A DNA stretch of 64,000 bases. Origin: Moniliella sp. 'wahieum'. Its lineage: Eukaryota. This document shows positions 1 through 15,150 of the stretch, piece by piece. The translations under genes were made by a program, and so were the position numbers. The stretch covers positions 124,001-188,000 of the forward strand of contig RSEE01000097.1 in the NCBI GenBank assembly GCA_003971905.1. Reading direction: 5' to 3'. The number at the start of each line of letters is the position of its first letter. Position 1 is the stretch's first letter. The notes beneath the pieces were generated by a model, which was not told where the DNA came from, made no database searches, and worked only from the letters and a program-made list of their open reading frames with translations.

Positions 1-389
1 CATTGTGGAAAATGTGGGTGGGAGTACGCAAGAGGTACTGGGGAACGATGGGGAGGGATAGGGCGTTTTCTGGGCGCGGGGAGGGGGCTTCTTATACTGC
101 TACGGCGGGAATGCCAGTGTGGGTGCATCATCCTGGCCATCGGCAGCAGAGCAGGGAGCCGGCGTGGGTGCTCAGGCTGAGCGGGGAGGCCGGCGGAGGA
201 TTGTGCAAGAGGCAAGTGCTGGACGCTGGCCAGAGCTGGCGATGGTGGGTCGACATTCGCCTTGGCCGCTGAGCCAGAAGGAGCAGTTTAATTGGGAGGT
301 TTAACTTCAGCCTGGCATGGCGCCAGTGTCACCACCCCTCCTCTTCCGGGCACAGGGGCACTCTTCGGTCCGTGCACACACCCTAGGTT

Positions 390-1460
390 GTGAGCGCACC
401 TGTGCGGCCGGCGCTACCAGGCACTGGCTGCCCATCATATGATCGGCCATCGATCCATCCTGCCTCCCCATCTTGCCAGATCGGCCAGATCCACACCGGG
501 CACCCTCTGCCATCACTAGATCGCCTATCATCTTCCCTTCCATTTCTTCTGGCTCGAGCGCGTGAGCTAACCTCGCCCCTCCTCGTGAATATCAAACTGC
601 ATAGCTCAGCACACGCACCACTCAGTCTCAGTGGGCAGCTGTGCCTACCGCAGCCAGCAGCTACACCACACCAAATTTCAACCCAAGTGGGCGCAGCTCC
701 ATCGAAAACCCAAACTTCCGCATTCGAAGGGCACACCTCATGGTTGACATGTTGACATTCAATATTCAATGACCTTACTTCTCTCAGCGGGCCTCGCCTT
801 CAGGTCAAAACGTTGCAGGGACCGTGGAACCGACGAGAGCTCGTTCTCAAAAGCATTGGCAGCAGGCTTAACTGTGCCTCTTGGAACTTAGTCTCAGATC
901 TCAGTTGTCACGGGCCTAGCTAGCGAGGCGGGGATGGGGAATGGATATGGTATTCCAGAGCTATACTAAGGAGAGCCAGACCTATGGGCCGGTATATAGG
1001 CGCCGGGTTCGGAGGCAGTGGAAGCTCGTGGAAGGTCCGGGACGCACTGCCCCTCCGGTGCACTGTGCGTATCGGGCCACGTGTCACTGAAGGCCGATGG
1101 GCTCTGGGCCACTGGGCGGTCAACATCAGTTGGGAGTATGTGACAGTGGGGAGAGCATCGAAAATAGCCACATCCCTGGGTGTGTGCTGCGCGCGAGAGT
1201 ATATGTGAGCCCCTCAATTCTCTTCCTGAGGTCTTCCAATACCGTAGAAAAGCCTTCCCATATCGGCCTTCAACTGCTTTACAGACGAAGATCGATCCGA
1301 TTATCAGGGATTGTCGCTTGTCAACATAGCCTAGGTACACACACGCCAGATAGTTGATCGCGGTGCCACAGTTATCCGCTAGAGAATCTTGCTGTTGTCG
1401 AGGAAAGAATATTGGAAGGAATGAGACTGCACAGTGGCCGCGCAGCAAACCGGCTTGGGT
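390..1460 (+). mobile_element. Heavily degenerate Ty3/gypsy-like pol relic (protease?-RT-RNase H)
   Basis: Motif remnants in gypsy order across frameshifts: QIHTGHPLPSLDR (~DTGA protease), VDIQ.FNDLT (~VDYRxLN), FSKALAAG (~FSKLDLxxG), MDMVFQSY, WALGH (~FLGH), KIATSLGVC (~VRSFLGLC), SPSIL..KP..LLY...SGIVA (~APIL..KPFxLYTDAS), HSYPLENLAVVEE (~NYxxxExLAVVEA). No intact YxDD. Confidence 0.45.
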
Positions 1461-1865
1461 CTACGGGTGCGACTAACTTCCAGTGCGACACCATCCCAGC
1501 CCTGTCTCTTGCGTGTAATTATTTGATTCCGGGCGGTGGATTCTTCTCCCTTTGGGGCTTCTGGGTGAAGCTCGAAGTGCGATTACTTTCGTGGAAGAGA
1601 TGGAACTTATGCGGAGATTGTGATCAGCTTGATGGTTATCGGTTATCGGTTACCGGTTATGAGATGTCTTGCAAACCCACCCACACAGAAGGATCAGATT
1701 GATCACAACATCAGATGTGCTATACCCCAGATTGAGGAAAATGGCGTCGTCTATAACTGGTATCGCCATACTCCTCACATAATCCCACGGTCCACTACTA
1801 GCCTCATAACCGACATGATAATCTCTCTCTGTAGTATCTCTGGGGGGTAGGCACCCTAAGCGGGA

Positions 1866-1885
1866 CCCCCCCCCCCCCCCCCCCC
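1866..1885. repeat. Poly-C tract (C20)
   Basis: Read directly. Confidence 0.9.
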
Positions 1886-2676
1886 ACCGATGTAGACTTG
1901 AGGCTGAACGGATGGGTACTTGGCGTACTCAGGCCTGTTGTGGAGGCAAGATGGAGAACCCACCGCGTTTCAGACCCAAAGGTCCCTAGCACTAAGCTGG
2001 GTGGTGCGTGGCGGCGATCATGAGTGAGGCCTAAGGCTTGTAAATGGATAACACCACGTCTGGCCGTGGTCGGCGCTGTCGAGGCACGAGGCTTTTGAGA
2101 AATGGACGTAAAAGATGTGGGTTTTGTTGTTTCTCCTTGAGAGACAATCGAGGTGTGGTTCTGCGGTGACCGGTGACCGTTGGGATGGAGGCGAGCAATA
2201 CCAAGAAGAATAAGGGGGGGGGAGGGTGCCTACAGCGGAAGTGGCTGGAGAAAACGATCAGAGAAGCGAAGAGAGGAGATGATGAGGTTTGATGGAAGAC
2301 CACATATGAGAGACGAGGCACAGAAATAATGTGGATCGGCAGAAAAGAGTAACTGCCTGTGGCACGTAAGAGGACGGCAGGAAAGGGAGTGAGCTGTGAG
2401 AGCTCACATTCGAGCCTTGGGCGCTGAACCTCATCCCTTCGCTTCCCCGCTGTAGGAGCCAACATTTTGAGCTTGGCTGGGTGCCTTGAAGCCACCCTTA
2501 TAATGAGGCATTTGCTGTTCGCGCCATCATTCTTTTCTCATGTGCCTCACTGGCCACATATTACCTCTCTTCATCTTCGACGCTGTGATTTGGCTTTTCT
2601 TTCCCCTATGCTCTGCCTCGTACAGGGTCGCTCTCTGTTAGTATGCAGTACTGCCACATCTCCTTTGTATTGCCCT

Positions 2677-2703
2677 GTTGTTGTTGTTGTTGTTGTTGTT
2701 GTT
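2677..2703. repeat. (GTT)9 microsatellite
   Basis: Read directly. Confidence 0.9.
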
Positions 2704-3348
2704 CTTTCAGAGCGACCGTCGCGTCGTCGACAAAGGACGGGTTGGCGGAGTGGGTGGGAGGAGGTGGGGGCCGCCGTTGATGTTTCTTGTCGATTGCATC
2801 TCTTGCGTGGTTGGCAGAGGGCAGAGGGCGGAAGAGGTGTGAACGTTGAACGTTTGAACATGCGACCTCACCACGTGACTGGCACAGGTCACATGACGCC
2901 TGTCTCTGCGCTGGGGGTGTTCGATGTGGAGGATGCGTGATGCGTGATGTGTGATGGATACGCACAGCGGCAGATTCCGCAACGCCGCACGCCCGCACGG
3001 CGCCACACTGGCTGCACGGGGCACTCAGCATGCGCACAGGCCATTTGTAATTGGCGCCCAGCTCGCCCGCCCGGCGCCTGTCTTCCCCGCCTCGGTGCGT
3101 CACCCATCCCCCGATGCGCTGCTCGCCGGGTGCGAGGCCACGGGGGCAGTATGCCCCTGCGGCCAGGCTGCCTCCCTCACCGGTGGGTCATGGCAGCGCT
3201 GGTTGAACGCTAAACGCATTCAGGCTGAACACGTTGAACCGATGACCAGTCGCCCATTGACTCGGCCAGCCTGCTGGCCAGTACTTATCGGCGTGATAAC
3301 CGCCCTCTTCCCCCTCCCCCCCCCCACCATCCCCAGCGGAGTGTTGCC

Positions 3349-5832
<2,484 letters not shown>

Positions 5833-6567
5833 AATGCACCCCGCCGAGACCCCTCGGGGGCAGGTAAGTTCGTCTTCTACTATAGGATTCGTCTTCTAGG
5901 ATGCTATCGATCTTATGTTGTGTTGAATGCGGTTGCTGGTAATATAGTGCACAGTAGTTGGCTAGTCTGTTGGATCCGATGGGGGGTTGCCATGGCTCTT
6001 GCGTTTACGCAACAACAGCCTGCAATGGGCGCCCGCCAGGTGTGTGCGGACGCAGCGCAGCCCAAAGGGACCAAACAAGAGGGGTGTGTTGCAGGGGACA
6101 AGACCTCCTATCGGCTATCTAGCGTCTGGCAACGCAACATCAACCACCCTTCATTCGTCTACCGGGAGAAACACAAAGACCACAGCAAGTGGGTTGTCCT
6201 GCGCCCGGGAACGAATAATAAGTGACGCCGAACCAGCCAGCACCAGCCAGTACTCGACTAATAAATACGACTTTGGTGGTCCCAAGCGCCGCGTCGCGTA
6301 CCCAGAACGACCCGTGACCGATCGATGATCGCCGCGCCACCGCGTTTGGATCATGCTATTCACCCTACAGACGCACAGTCAAGCTAGTCATCGATCATCG
6401 GGCAGAGATCATCGATCAGAAGCGAGAAAAGGCCCAAGAACCGATGCGAAATTGGAGCGAGTTTAATTAGTCGTCAAACGGTGTCTCTGCGGTGTGTGTG
6501 GCCACCTGCCGGCCTGAGTCAACAGGGCCCAGGCGGAATTGCGGGAGTCATCCACAGGGTGGGCAGC

Positions 6568-9500
6568 ATGGTAGGTGCGCCCTCCACCCCCCCCCCCTCC
6601 GTTTTTTGCTACCACCTCTTCGCACACGAGACGTGCAGAAGGGCCAACCAAAGCCCACCTTCCCAGCCCGTCCCGTTCAACGAGAGCGATCCTACCAGGC
6701 CGATAAAATGGACTCGCTGCGAGACTCTGCCGCCGACCCCTGGTCTGGCCTACCCAGCGAGCCTCACTTTAACCGCCGTGGCAGGGCGGTACCCGCTGCG
6801 TTGGCCGAGGGCCAAACAACGTGGGCGGAGGAGGAGGATGTGTTCCCAGTGGACGATATGCTGCTGCTGTGCCACTCCGACAACCGCGTATGTTTTTTGG
6901 GCTTTTAGCACAGGTTTTGCGCGTCAACGGCGAGCGGGTTCCGTCCAACGACGTAACTGTGACCGGGCTTCAGGACGGTGAGGATGTCCCGCTGGCCGAC
7001 GTATGGGATGTCTTGATCGGCAAGCACGTTGCTGTCCGTTCGGTTGCTGTTGCGGGAAAGCAGATTGACCATACCGTGGTCTGGATCCGGACCGCTGCGC
7101 TTGACCTCTTGGTAACCGCCTTGAACGTGCTTCCTCTTCACGTTGCCGCGCTGGACCAGACCTCTTCGCCCTGGGCGAAGCTCCCTTCCGCCCCAGCTGC
7201 CACCGAAATCACAACTCCTGCCGAGGCTGCCGAGGCTCTTCACAAGCTTGGTGTGGTGCCCAAATTGAGTGCCAACGTTCACTCTGTCCCCAATCCGGAT
7301 CAACTCTACCAGTGCTCACTTTCCTCACCAGTCACAGCGCTGCGGCTGCAGCCGCAGTGGCCGCCTCGCCCATGCCCACTTTTGCCTTGACAGCCGCAGC
7401 CGACCCAAGTGGGGACCATGACCACCTGGCCCCCTTGGCTCTATTGGACGCGCTGGTCGGCTTCTCTTCCAAGACGGCAAAACAGTTATTGGAGGCCCAA
7501 CCTATGGGGCTGCAGGATGTGCTACTACAGATCTTGACCAGCGTTAACGTTACCACCATCGTGTCGGATCCGCGACCAAGCACGTGCCCTCGTTGCAATC
7601 CGGATCCTGCACCATCTTGCCTTGTACGCTTGGCGACCAGCTTGGCTCACCGTCTCGGGAACCGTGTGAGTGCGCTGCTTGTCCAGCTCACTTCCCATCC
7701 TCTGCCGCCCCATCTCTCTTGAACGAGACCCTTGCCTTGCTTACCACTTGGACCACCATCTCTACCGACCCTTACCCCCCGCCGCCGGGCAGGAGGTGCA
7801 CTTTGACACTGTGAGCGCATGGCCCGCATTCAGTTTGGACGTAATCCGTGGAGCAGCGGGGCAGGCAATGGTGAACGATGCGGTTCTGGCGGCTGCCTGT
7901 GGCCATATACACGCCGCTCTTCGTTTAGTGGACGAGTACCCAGATGCCCCTTTGCCTGCAGCCGCCTCGCCCCTCGCCTCGGACCGGGCCATCTTTCTGC
8001 AACTCCTACCTTCTTTGTCTAACCGTGCCCTCGCTACGTTCCCGCTACGTTCCGCTCTTTGGCGCACACACAGGCATTGTACACGCAGGCATTTGCGCCG
8101 GCGGGTACCTCTCTTCGGTCCTCGCCCTGGCGGCGAAAATCGAGTCGTTGCCCAGCTCGGTGGTGGAGGAAGCGCAGCGCGTTGCGCGTCACCTCCTGGA
8201 CACCAAGGACGGATGGGATGCCGTAGCCTCGGCTCCAAACTGGACATTTTCTGCGTCGACAGCAATCATGTCCCCGCGCTTGGCGGCGGCACGCTACGTT
8301 CGCGTGGTATCGTCGGTTGCCAAATCTGGGTCTGCACGTACTGTGCAGCGCCAGATAGTCCTGGACCTGATTTCCCGCTTGCTTCCCTATCGAGGCGAAA
8401 ATGACGTGGCGCAGGATTTGGCTTGTTCCTTGGTGGATGGCGACCCGATTCTGGTCCCCTTTTATCAAGTCAAACTTCGTGCTCGTCCTCGGGCTCGACA
8501 GGTCGAAGAAGAAAAGGTAGCTGATGCGCCTGCCTTGGCGGGACCCAGCGTTCATACGACTATGTGGGGGGTGGTGGAGCCACAAGATGTACTTGCCTAC
8601 CAGAAGCGCACATCCATCTTCTACGACCTACCGCACGACAAAACCAACTCCGCTTCTCCTGGACAGGCACCCAATGCGGCCGGGAGAAGGGATACATTCT
8701 ATCACCCTTACTTTTCGCCGGACCATGTCGGGTTGCCCGCCTTTCCCAATTGGCCTTTTGCACCGTTGGATCATCTGGTGTATTGGAAGAATTCGGAATT
8801 GCTTCAGGCCCCGGGCATGCTTCCACCCGACAGGAAGTTTACCCTGAAACAGGTTCTTGTAGCCACGCTGACGTTGGCGTGCGAGCTGTTTGGTTCGGTG
8901 CCCACCCAAGCGCCGCAGGACGGCGTGCCGAGTGCAGCGGCCATATGGTTGGCACTTCTCCAAGTCTACGAAATGGATCGATTGCCCGACCCGGCGCAGA
9001 GAAGCAAGCGAGCCTTGACTGCCGACCCGGGCATTGTAAGGTTGATCCGCAAGCTTGCCGAGCGAGCCATTGCGTCTGAGAAATGCGGTTGGGAGAAGGA
9101 AACGGCCTGCGATGTCGACAAACGAGAAATGTTCTTCTTCCCGTCTCTGCGCGGTCCTTACCACCAGTTCCACCAGTTACTTTGGTCTTGGGATCCCGAT
9201 TCGGAGGGTGTCGATGATCCGCTATTTGCATTGGTCATGTTTCACATGACCAGGGAACGGGGGACGACGAACAACATATCGTGTGTTGGATTACCCCAAT
9301 ATGCTCTGTGCCGTTCCCGCCACCAAGGACGATGTGCATTTCGCTTCGTTTGTCCAGCCGTCCGAAAAGAATGAGGATATGCTGGGAGTGTATGCAAAGA
9401 CTGATGAATGGGCGCGTGAATCGGTCCCATCCCTTGATGTGGGCAATCGCAATGACCCACTTGGCTGCCCACGTGTTTGGTCCCGATGCGCGTGACATAT

Positions 9501-9849
9501 TTGATTCGGCTGTCCCATTGACCAAGATGATCTTTGCTCCGACTGTTTCGACTCCCTATGCAGCAGACGTGCAAGAGGCCTGCTGCATTGGTCGGATGCG
9601 CCCGATTCGTCCGGGGTAAGTGAAGCTACCATCGAAGAGCGGCAGAAGACCGTGTCGCATAACCTCAAGTACTTGGTGACTGGATGCGTAAGACGGCACC
9701 AGGCGAGGTGGGATGGGGCAGAGGTGAATGAGATGAAGTGGCTCGGCAATGCGTTTTCAACGAGCGAAATAGATAGTAGGCCAAACGGCAACGTACTCCA
9801 TCACCGTCATCAACTGGCAGGAAAACGACAAAAGGGATGCATACGATGA
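6568..9849 (+). CDS. RPAP1/Rba50-like RNA polymerase II-associated protein (divergent, frameshifted; boundaries uncertain)
   Basis: PHFNRRG...FPVDDMLLLCHS...LAQVL resembles the RPAP1_C core. GLPAFPNWPFAPLDHL...LPP...VLVATLTL resembles the C-terminal block of basidiomycete RPAP1. Possible intron 6571-6638. Confidence 0.55.
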
Positions 9850-10836
9850 GCTTAGGTGAGTGGGATTCACGCTTGGCTAAGCGGGGGCAGACTGGGCTCA
9901 GGTACCCCAATGACCCGTTGGCAGCTTCTTTCCCTTCCTCCTCCGCCTCCTTTGGGCCCTCTTTGTCCGACGTGGACAGAGGGACAGTTGGAAGACAGTT
10001 GCTAACGGACGTGCCGACGCCAAGGCAAACGGGGAGCAGCGTGTCCATGCCTTCCCGACGCAGGCGGGCGCAGGCGGTGCATAGACAGAGCAGACCCAGC
10101 CTAGTCGCGTGGGGGTGCCCATCGGTCACGTGCGCATGCGGACGCTAGAACCCATGTTTCTCTCCTTCGCATTCCGCCACACACACGTGAACCGTGAACC
10201 CACGAAAGGCCAGCCAAAGTTTCAACCGGCCAGCGCGCGTGCGATTTGAAACAAGGCCAGCCGCTGCATGCTGTGATGCATCATGCATCACACGCAGATA
10301 GGAGGCGTGGCACCGGCCGCCACATGGCAACCCTACCGGGTATCTGTCGCTCGGGGGCGCAGCGGCAGGCAGGGCGCCGTGTGCGGGTGCCACGCCGATC
10401 GGATGACGTGAAAACAAACGCGCTTCCGGCGCTGCCCGACGACCGAGACAGCGTCACGGCAGCAGACACGCCTGGGCCGCCCAGCGCCGCCACCAGCCCG
10501 CAGCCGCCGCGGCCTCGGTGCAGCCGCCGTGCTGCTGCCTGCCAGCCCCCCCGCTCCGCCCCGTGCCTGCGCAGATAGCCCGCCCCCACGGCGCCAGCAC
10601 GCCAGCACGCGCCCCCCCCCCGCCCGCACCGCGCCAGTGTCCGCTTTGTTTTCCACACTCCCGCCTCCACCGCAAAAAGGTTCCTCGCACCCCACCAGTG
10701 TCCTGCCGCTGCTGCCCTGCTCCCTGCTGCTCCCGGAACCTTCCTGCCCGAACCTTCCCGCCCCTCCCGCCGCCTTATAACGCTCTGGCACCGCCCGCCC
10801 CCTCCGTCTTCCACCACCACCTCCTCTTCTTTCACC

Positions 10837-11773
10837 ATGGGTGCCGTTGTCGACCCTGCGCAGAAGCCCAAGACGGCCTCGTCCTTCTTCACCGACTTCA
10901 TGATGGGTGGCATCTCCGCCGCTGTCTCCAAGACGGCGGCTGCCCCCATTGAGCGTGTCAAGCTCCTCATCCAGAACCAGGACGAGATGATCAAGCAGGG
11001 CCGTCTTGACCGCCCTTACAGCGGTCTCGGCGACACCTTTGCCCGCACCTACAAGTCGGAGGGTCTTGTCCTTCTGGCGCGGCAACACGGCCAACGTTAT
11101 CCGTTACTTCCCCACCCAGGCCCTCAACTTTGCCTTCAAGGACTACTTCAAGGCCCTGTTCAAGGTGCCCAAGGACGCCCCCTACGTCAAGAAGCTCAGC
11201 GCCAACATTGCCTCGGGTGGTGCCGCTGGTGCCTCGTCGCTTCTGTTTGTCTACTCGCTCGACTACGCCCGTACCCGTCTTGCCAACGACGCCAAGTCGG
11301 CTGGCAAGGGTGGTGAGCGCCAGTTCAACGGTCTCATTGACGTGTACCGCAAGACGATTGCCTCGGACGGTATCGCTGGTCTCTACCGTGGCTTTATCCC
11401 CTCGGTCGTTGGTATTGTGGTCTACCGTGGTCTCTACTTTGGTGTGTACGACTCGGTCAAGCCGGTTGTCATCACGGGTCCTCTCGAGGGCTCTTTCCTC
11501 GCTTCCTTCCTGCTCGGCTGGGTCGTCACCACGGGTGCCGGCATTGCTTCGTACCCGCTCGACACGATCCGTCGTCGCATGATGATGACCTCGGGTGGCA
11601 AGACGCACTACAACGGCATGTTCGACGCTGGTCGCCAGATTGTCGCCAAGGAGGGCGTCAAGTCGCTCTTCAAGGGTGCCGGCGCCAACATTCTCCGTGG
11701 TGTCGCTGGTGCCGGTGTGCTGTCCGGCTACGACAAGCTCCAGGAGGTGCTGTTCGGCAAGGTCTACAAGTAA
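10837..11773 (+). CDS. AAC: Mitochondrial ADP/ATP carrier (one apparent frameshift near 11066)
   Basis: [54 protein letters not shown] signature. TTATAA about 60 bp upstream. Confidence 0.98.
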
Positions 11774-12373
11774 ACCTGCCACCTTTTTTGTCGCCTTGGT
11801 CTCCTTGGATTCCCAGGCCCCAGGCCCGAAAAATGCACTGCCCCCTTTTGGGGGGCATCCACTGCCATCCCCCTCTGCGTGGTTGGATAGAAGACGTAGA
11901 ATGCGTTAGGTAGGCGTTGGGCTGATTGGTTCGGCCACCCGAGATGCGAAGGAAGCGCCGTTTGGATGCACTGGCAGCGGCAGCGTGAGGCTCCACTGGC
12001 CCGCCGCCTACGATTTGAGCTAGCAGCAGGGGCCTGACGCGGAGGAGGGGGGCTGGGCGGGGTTCGATAATGCCCCAACAGATGCCTGTCGATTACCGAT
12101 TTCGATTACCAAGCGGACGCGGGGAGCCGAGTGCGTTGCTGGCGGAGCCGGGATGCATGATGAATGATGGGGACGGGTGATCTGCCTCTGAGTCACAACG
12201 GTGGGTCTGTGCGGGCGGAAATAGGGTGCCCTGAGCACCGACAGCCCACAGCCCCCTGCAGATACGACCAAGTACGAGTGCAGCCAAGCACGCCACGCGG
12301 TGGTGCCATTCTGCTTCCCACCACCCCTCGGCCCGTTTCTCGCCGCCTTGCCATCCATCCGCCTTGGTCCAGC

Positions 12374-13405
12374 ATGTCTCTTTCGCTGCGCATCCCCAAC
12401 CTCTTGGCCGGCAAGGTCGTCCTGATCACCGGCGCATCCAGTGGCATTGGCCGCGCAACCGCTACCGCCGTGAGTACTTGAGTCCCATTGCCCGCGAGTG
12501 CCTGGGGATCGACCAGCCAGCGGCCCTTCTCCTTTTCTTCGTACACTCGCCCTTGCCTTCTGACTGCGGGTGGAAGAACCAACCCAACAATACGCATTCC
12601 GATGGGCCAAGCTGTCTTTTTTGATCTCTTTGCACGCTGTACTGACATGCTTACTGGTGTCTGCAGTACGCCCGCGCTGGCGCCAGTGTCGTCCTTGTCG
12701 CCCGTCGTGCCGAGCGGCTCGCGCAGGCGGTAGACGAGTGCAAGGCGGCCGCGCTGTCGGCGCAAAAAGCTGGCGACTTTGGTACCCGCCGTAGGCCAAT
12801 TCTTCCCGCTTACCCTCGACATGACCAAGCGGGAGGAGGTGGGGGCGATCAAGTCCAAGCTGCCCCCCTGGGCGAGCGAAGTGGACATTCTGGTCAACAA
12901 TGCTGGACTGGTGTACGGCGTGGAGCACGTTGGTGCGCTGAATCTGGACGAAGTGCAGACCATGTTTGACACCAACGTCCTTTCGGTCATCCAGCTCACC
13001 CAGCTCTTCTTCCAAGACTTTAAAGCGCGCAACCGAGGCCATATTGTTGTCCTCGGTTCCATCGCTGGCAGAGAAGCGTACCCCGGCGGCTCGATTTACT
13101 GTTCGACCAAGTTTGCCATTCGCGCCTTCTTGTCCGCCATGATGAAGGAGGCCGTGGGTACCAAGGTCCGCTTCACCGAGGTCGCACCAGGCATGGTCCA
13201 GACCGAGTTTAGCATTGTCCGCTACCGCGGCGACGTACCAGCGGCCGATAAAGTGTACGAGGGCATCGAACCCTTGACGGGCGAAGACATTGCCCAGGAA
13301 ATCATCTGGGCTACCAACCGTCCGGACAATGTCAACGTGGCAGAGACGGTGATTATGCCCGTTCACCAGGCGGGGCCCTACCACAATTTCCGCGGAGGCA
13401 AGTAG
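12374..13405 (+). CDS. Classical short-chain dehydrogenase/reductase (YMR226C/YdfG-like NADP-dependent 3-hydroxy-acid dehydrogenase); intron 12470-12666
   Basis: LITGASSGIG, ILVNNAG, LGSIAG, YCSTK (YxxxK), APGMVQTEFS. GTGAGT..CTGAC..CAG intron. Confidence 0.9.
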
Positions 13406-14899
13406 ATGTCCCCCCTCTGCTCACGGCTGGTCGCTGTCTCCGCTACGTTGCAGCCATTCCCTGAAATGAATACTGGTGCGCCTGCAGGAGAGATGGCATG
13501 AAACGGAGGAAGGGCGACAACCTGTCGTAGCTGGTAGCTGGACGGAACGAATATGCACGGGCCTGTGGGCCACTAAAGAAATGATCAGCTCTAAAGACAG
13601 AAGGGTGCGGACGAAAGCGGCTACAGTGACTGGTGGGTGCCGAATCGAAGCAAGCTGTCATGTACGGAGGGATAACCCTCCTCTATTCATGTTCAGCACG
13701 TTCAACGTCTGGAGTGGTAGTTCCAAGGCGAAGTGGGCGCTGTCGTTGATGCGCTCCACCGCACCCATTGATGGTATGGTTACGACATATTCTACGTCAG
13801 ATTGGGGTACACTTTCTTGGTCCGGTTCACCACCTTCTTGGCCATCTTGGCTGCGCGCTCGAGGCTACCGGCTTGCAACTGGGTTAATGGGCTCGGTGAG
13901 CAGATTGCGCACATCGAGCTCCGGGCAACGAACTGATCGAGCACAGCCTGTGCGGGCAAATGGCACAAGGCGCATGCGTGGTGCCGCCTGTGACGAACAT
14001 TACTATGTGCTCCTCCTCTCCCAACGACAGCAGCTGTCCCCATCGCACGTACCTATGCAGCGTCCGCCCATTCCTGGTCAGATCCAACAAAAACTTTTTA
14101 GGGTCGACACAAGTGATAGATCCGTCAGCAAAGCCGCTGGTCGAAGTGCTCGTTGCAGGTCAGGACGGACAAGCGGGCTCATCTGTGGCGTCAAAAAGAG
14201 AGAGACGGGGTGAGTGATGTGTTGAAAACGATCTATTCGCCCACGCAGCCCGGCCAGGTGGGTTTGGGGTGGTTGAGCAGGGTTGGGATATGTTGTTGAG
14301 AGGCTCCCTGCTGGGCTCTCCCTCAGGGCATCGGCGTTGGAATTCATAGCTGGAATCTATGGCGAGGATGGCGGTGGTGGTGGAGCGTAGGAGGGGCTGT
14401 GGCTCCTACCTGGCTTCCCCTGCCAACCGATGTGCTTCCATCGGTCACTCTTCGACCTTGCCAGTCAAGAGTAAACGGCGGTGGGGCCGACCTGACCGCA
14501 GCGGGGGCGCCACAATCCAAGCTTGCAATTTGAAATGTTGGCTGGCGCATTGGAGGAAGGGTGCGAATTTAAGTGCGGGGCAGTCGGAAGACCACAAATA
14601 GTAACCCCGACTTGTTTGCGGGGTAACGGGTAAGAATGGAGACACAGCTTCAACACCCTCACCGCTACTCTCTCCTCTCTCACCACCTTGGACTCCATGC
14701 CAACTCCTGCTTCCCCTACCACGCCTCTGCCGAGGGAGACAGCCACAAGCGACGATGACCTATCGGGAGACGACACGTCAAGCACAACCTTCGCCACCGA
14801 GGATGGCGTAACCAGCACGAAGAGACCATCCAGCTCAACAGCTCACCGCCAAAGTAATGGCACCATTTCCGACAATCTGCTCTCTGCCCGCGCTCTCCT

Positions 14900-15150
14900 G
14901 TCCAGGCAAGGCACCGCTCAAGCGCAAGCATGTTTCGGTCGAGCTCAAACGCTACGTGGCCCAGTTGGTGGTGGAAAACCACGTGGAGCGCGGCAGGCTT
15001 GTGACAAAGGACATTTCCTTGGCCACCATCAACCGAGCCGTCCGCTCATTTACCTTGACGGGAGCCGTGCCAGCCCAAGCCCACGCCAGCGGGCGCCCGA
15101 CCATCCTGACAACAGACGTGCAGGAAACCCTTAGGGCATGCCAAGACTTG
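14900..15150 (+). mobile_element. Tc1/mariner-like transposase N-terminal HTH remnant
   Basis: RKHVSVELKRYV...ISLATINRAVRSFTLTGAV...SGRPTILT matches the paired-like HTH + GRPR pattern. No DDE domain or TIRs recognised. Confidence 0.5.

Noticed and set aside
1803..1811. GGTTATGAG (minus strand) as a copia PBS
   Set aside because: Not preceded by an LTR-terminal CA and no copia ORF follows it
10991..13384. Long antisense ORFs over AAC and the SDR (also over ACO1 and RPL3)
   Set aside because: Shadow ORFs caused by GC3-biased codon usage
13443..14347. Possible minus-strand gene or TE remnant
   Set aside because: Short interrupted frames with no motif I can recognise
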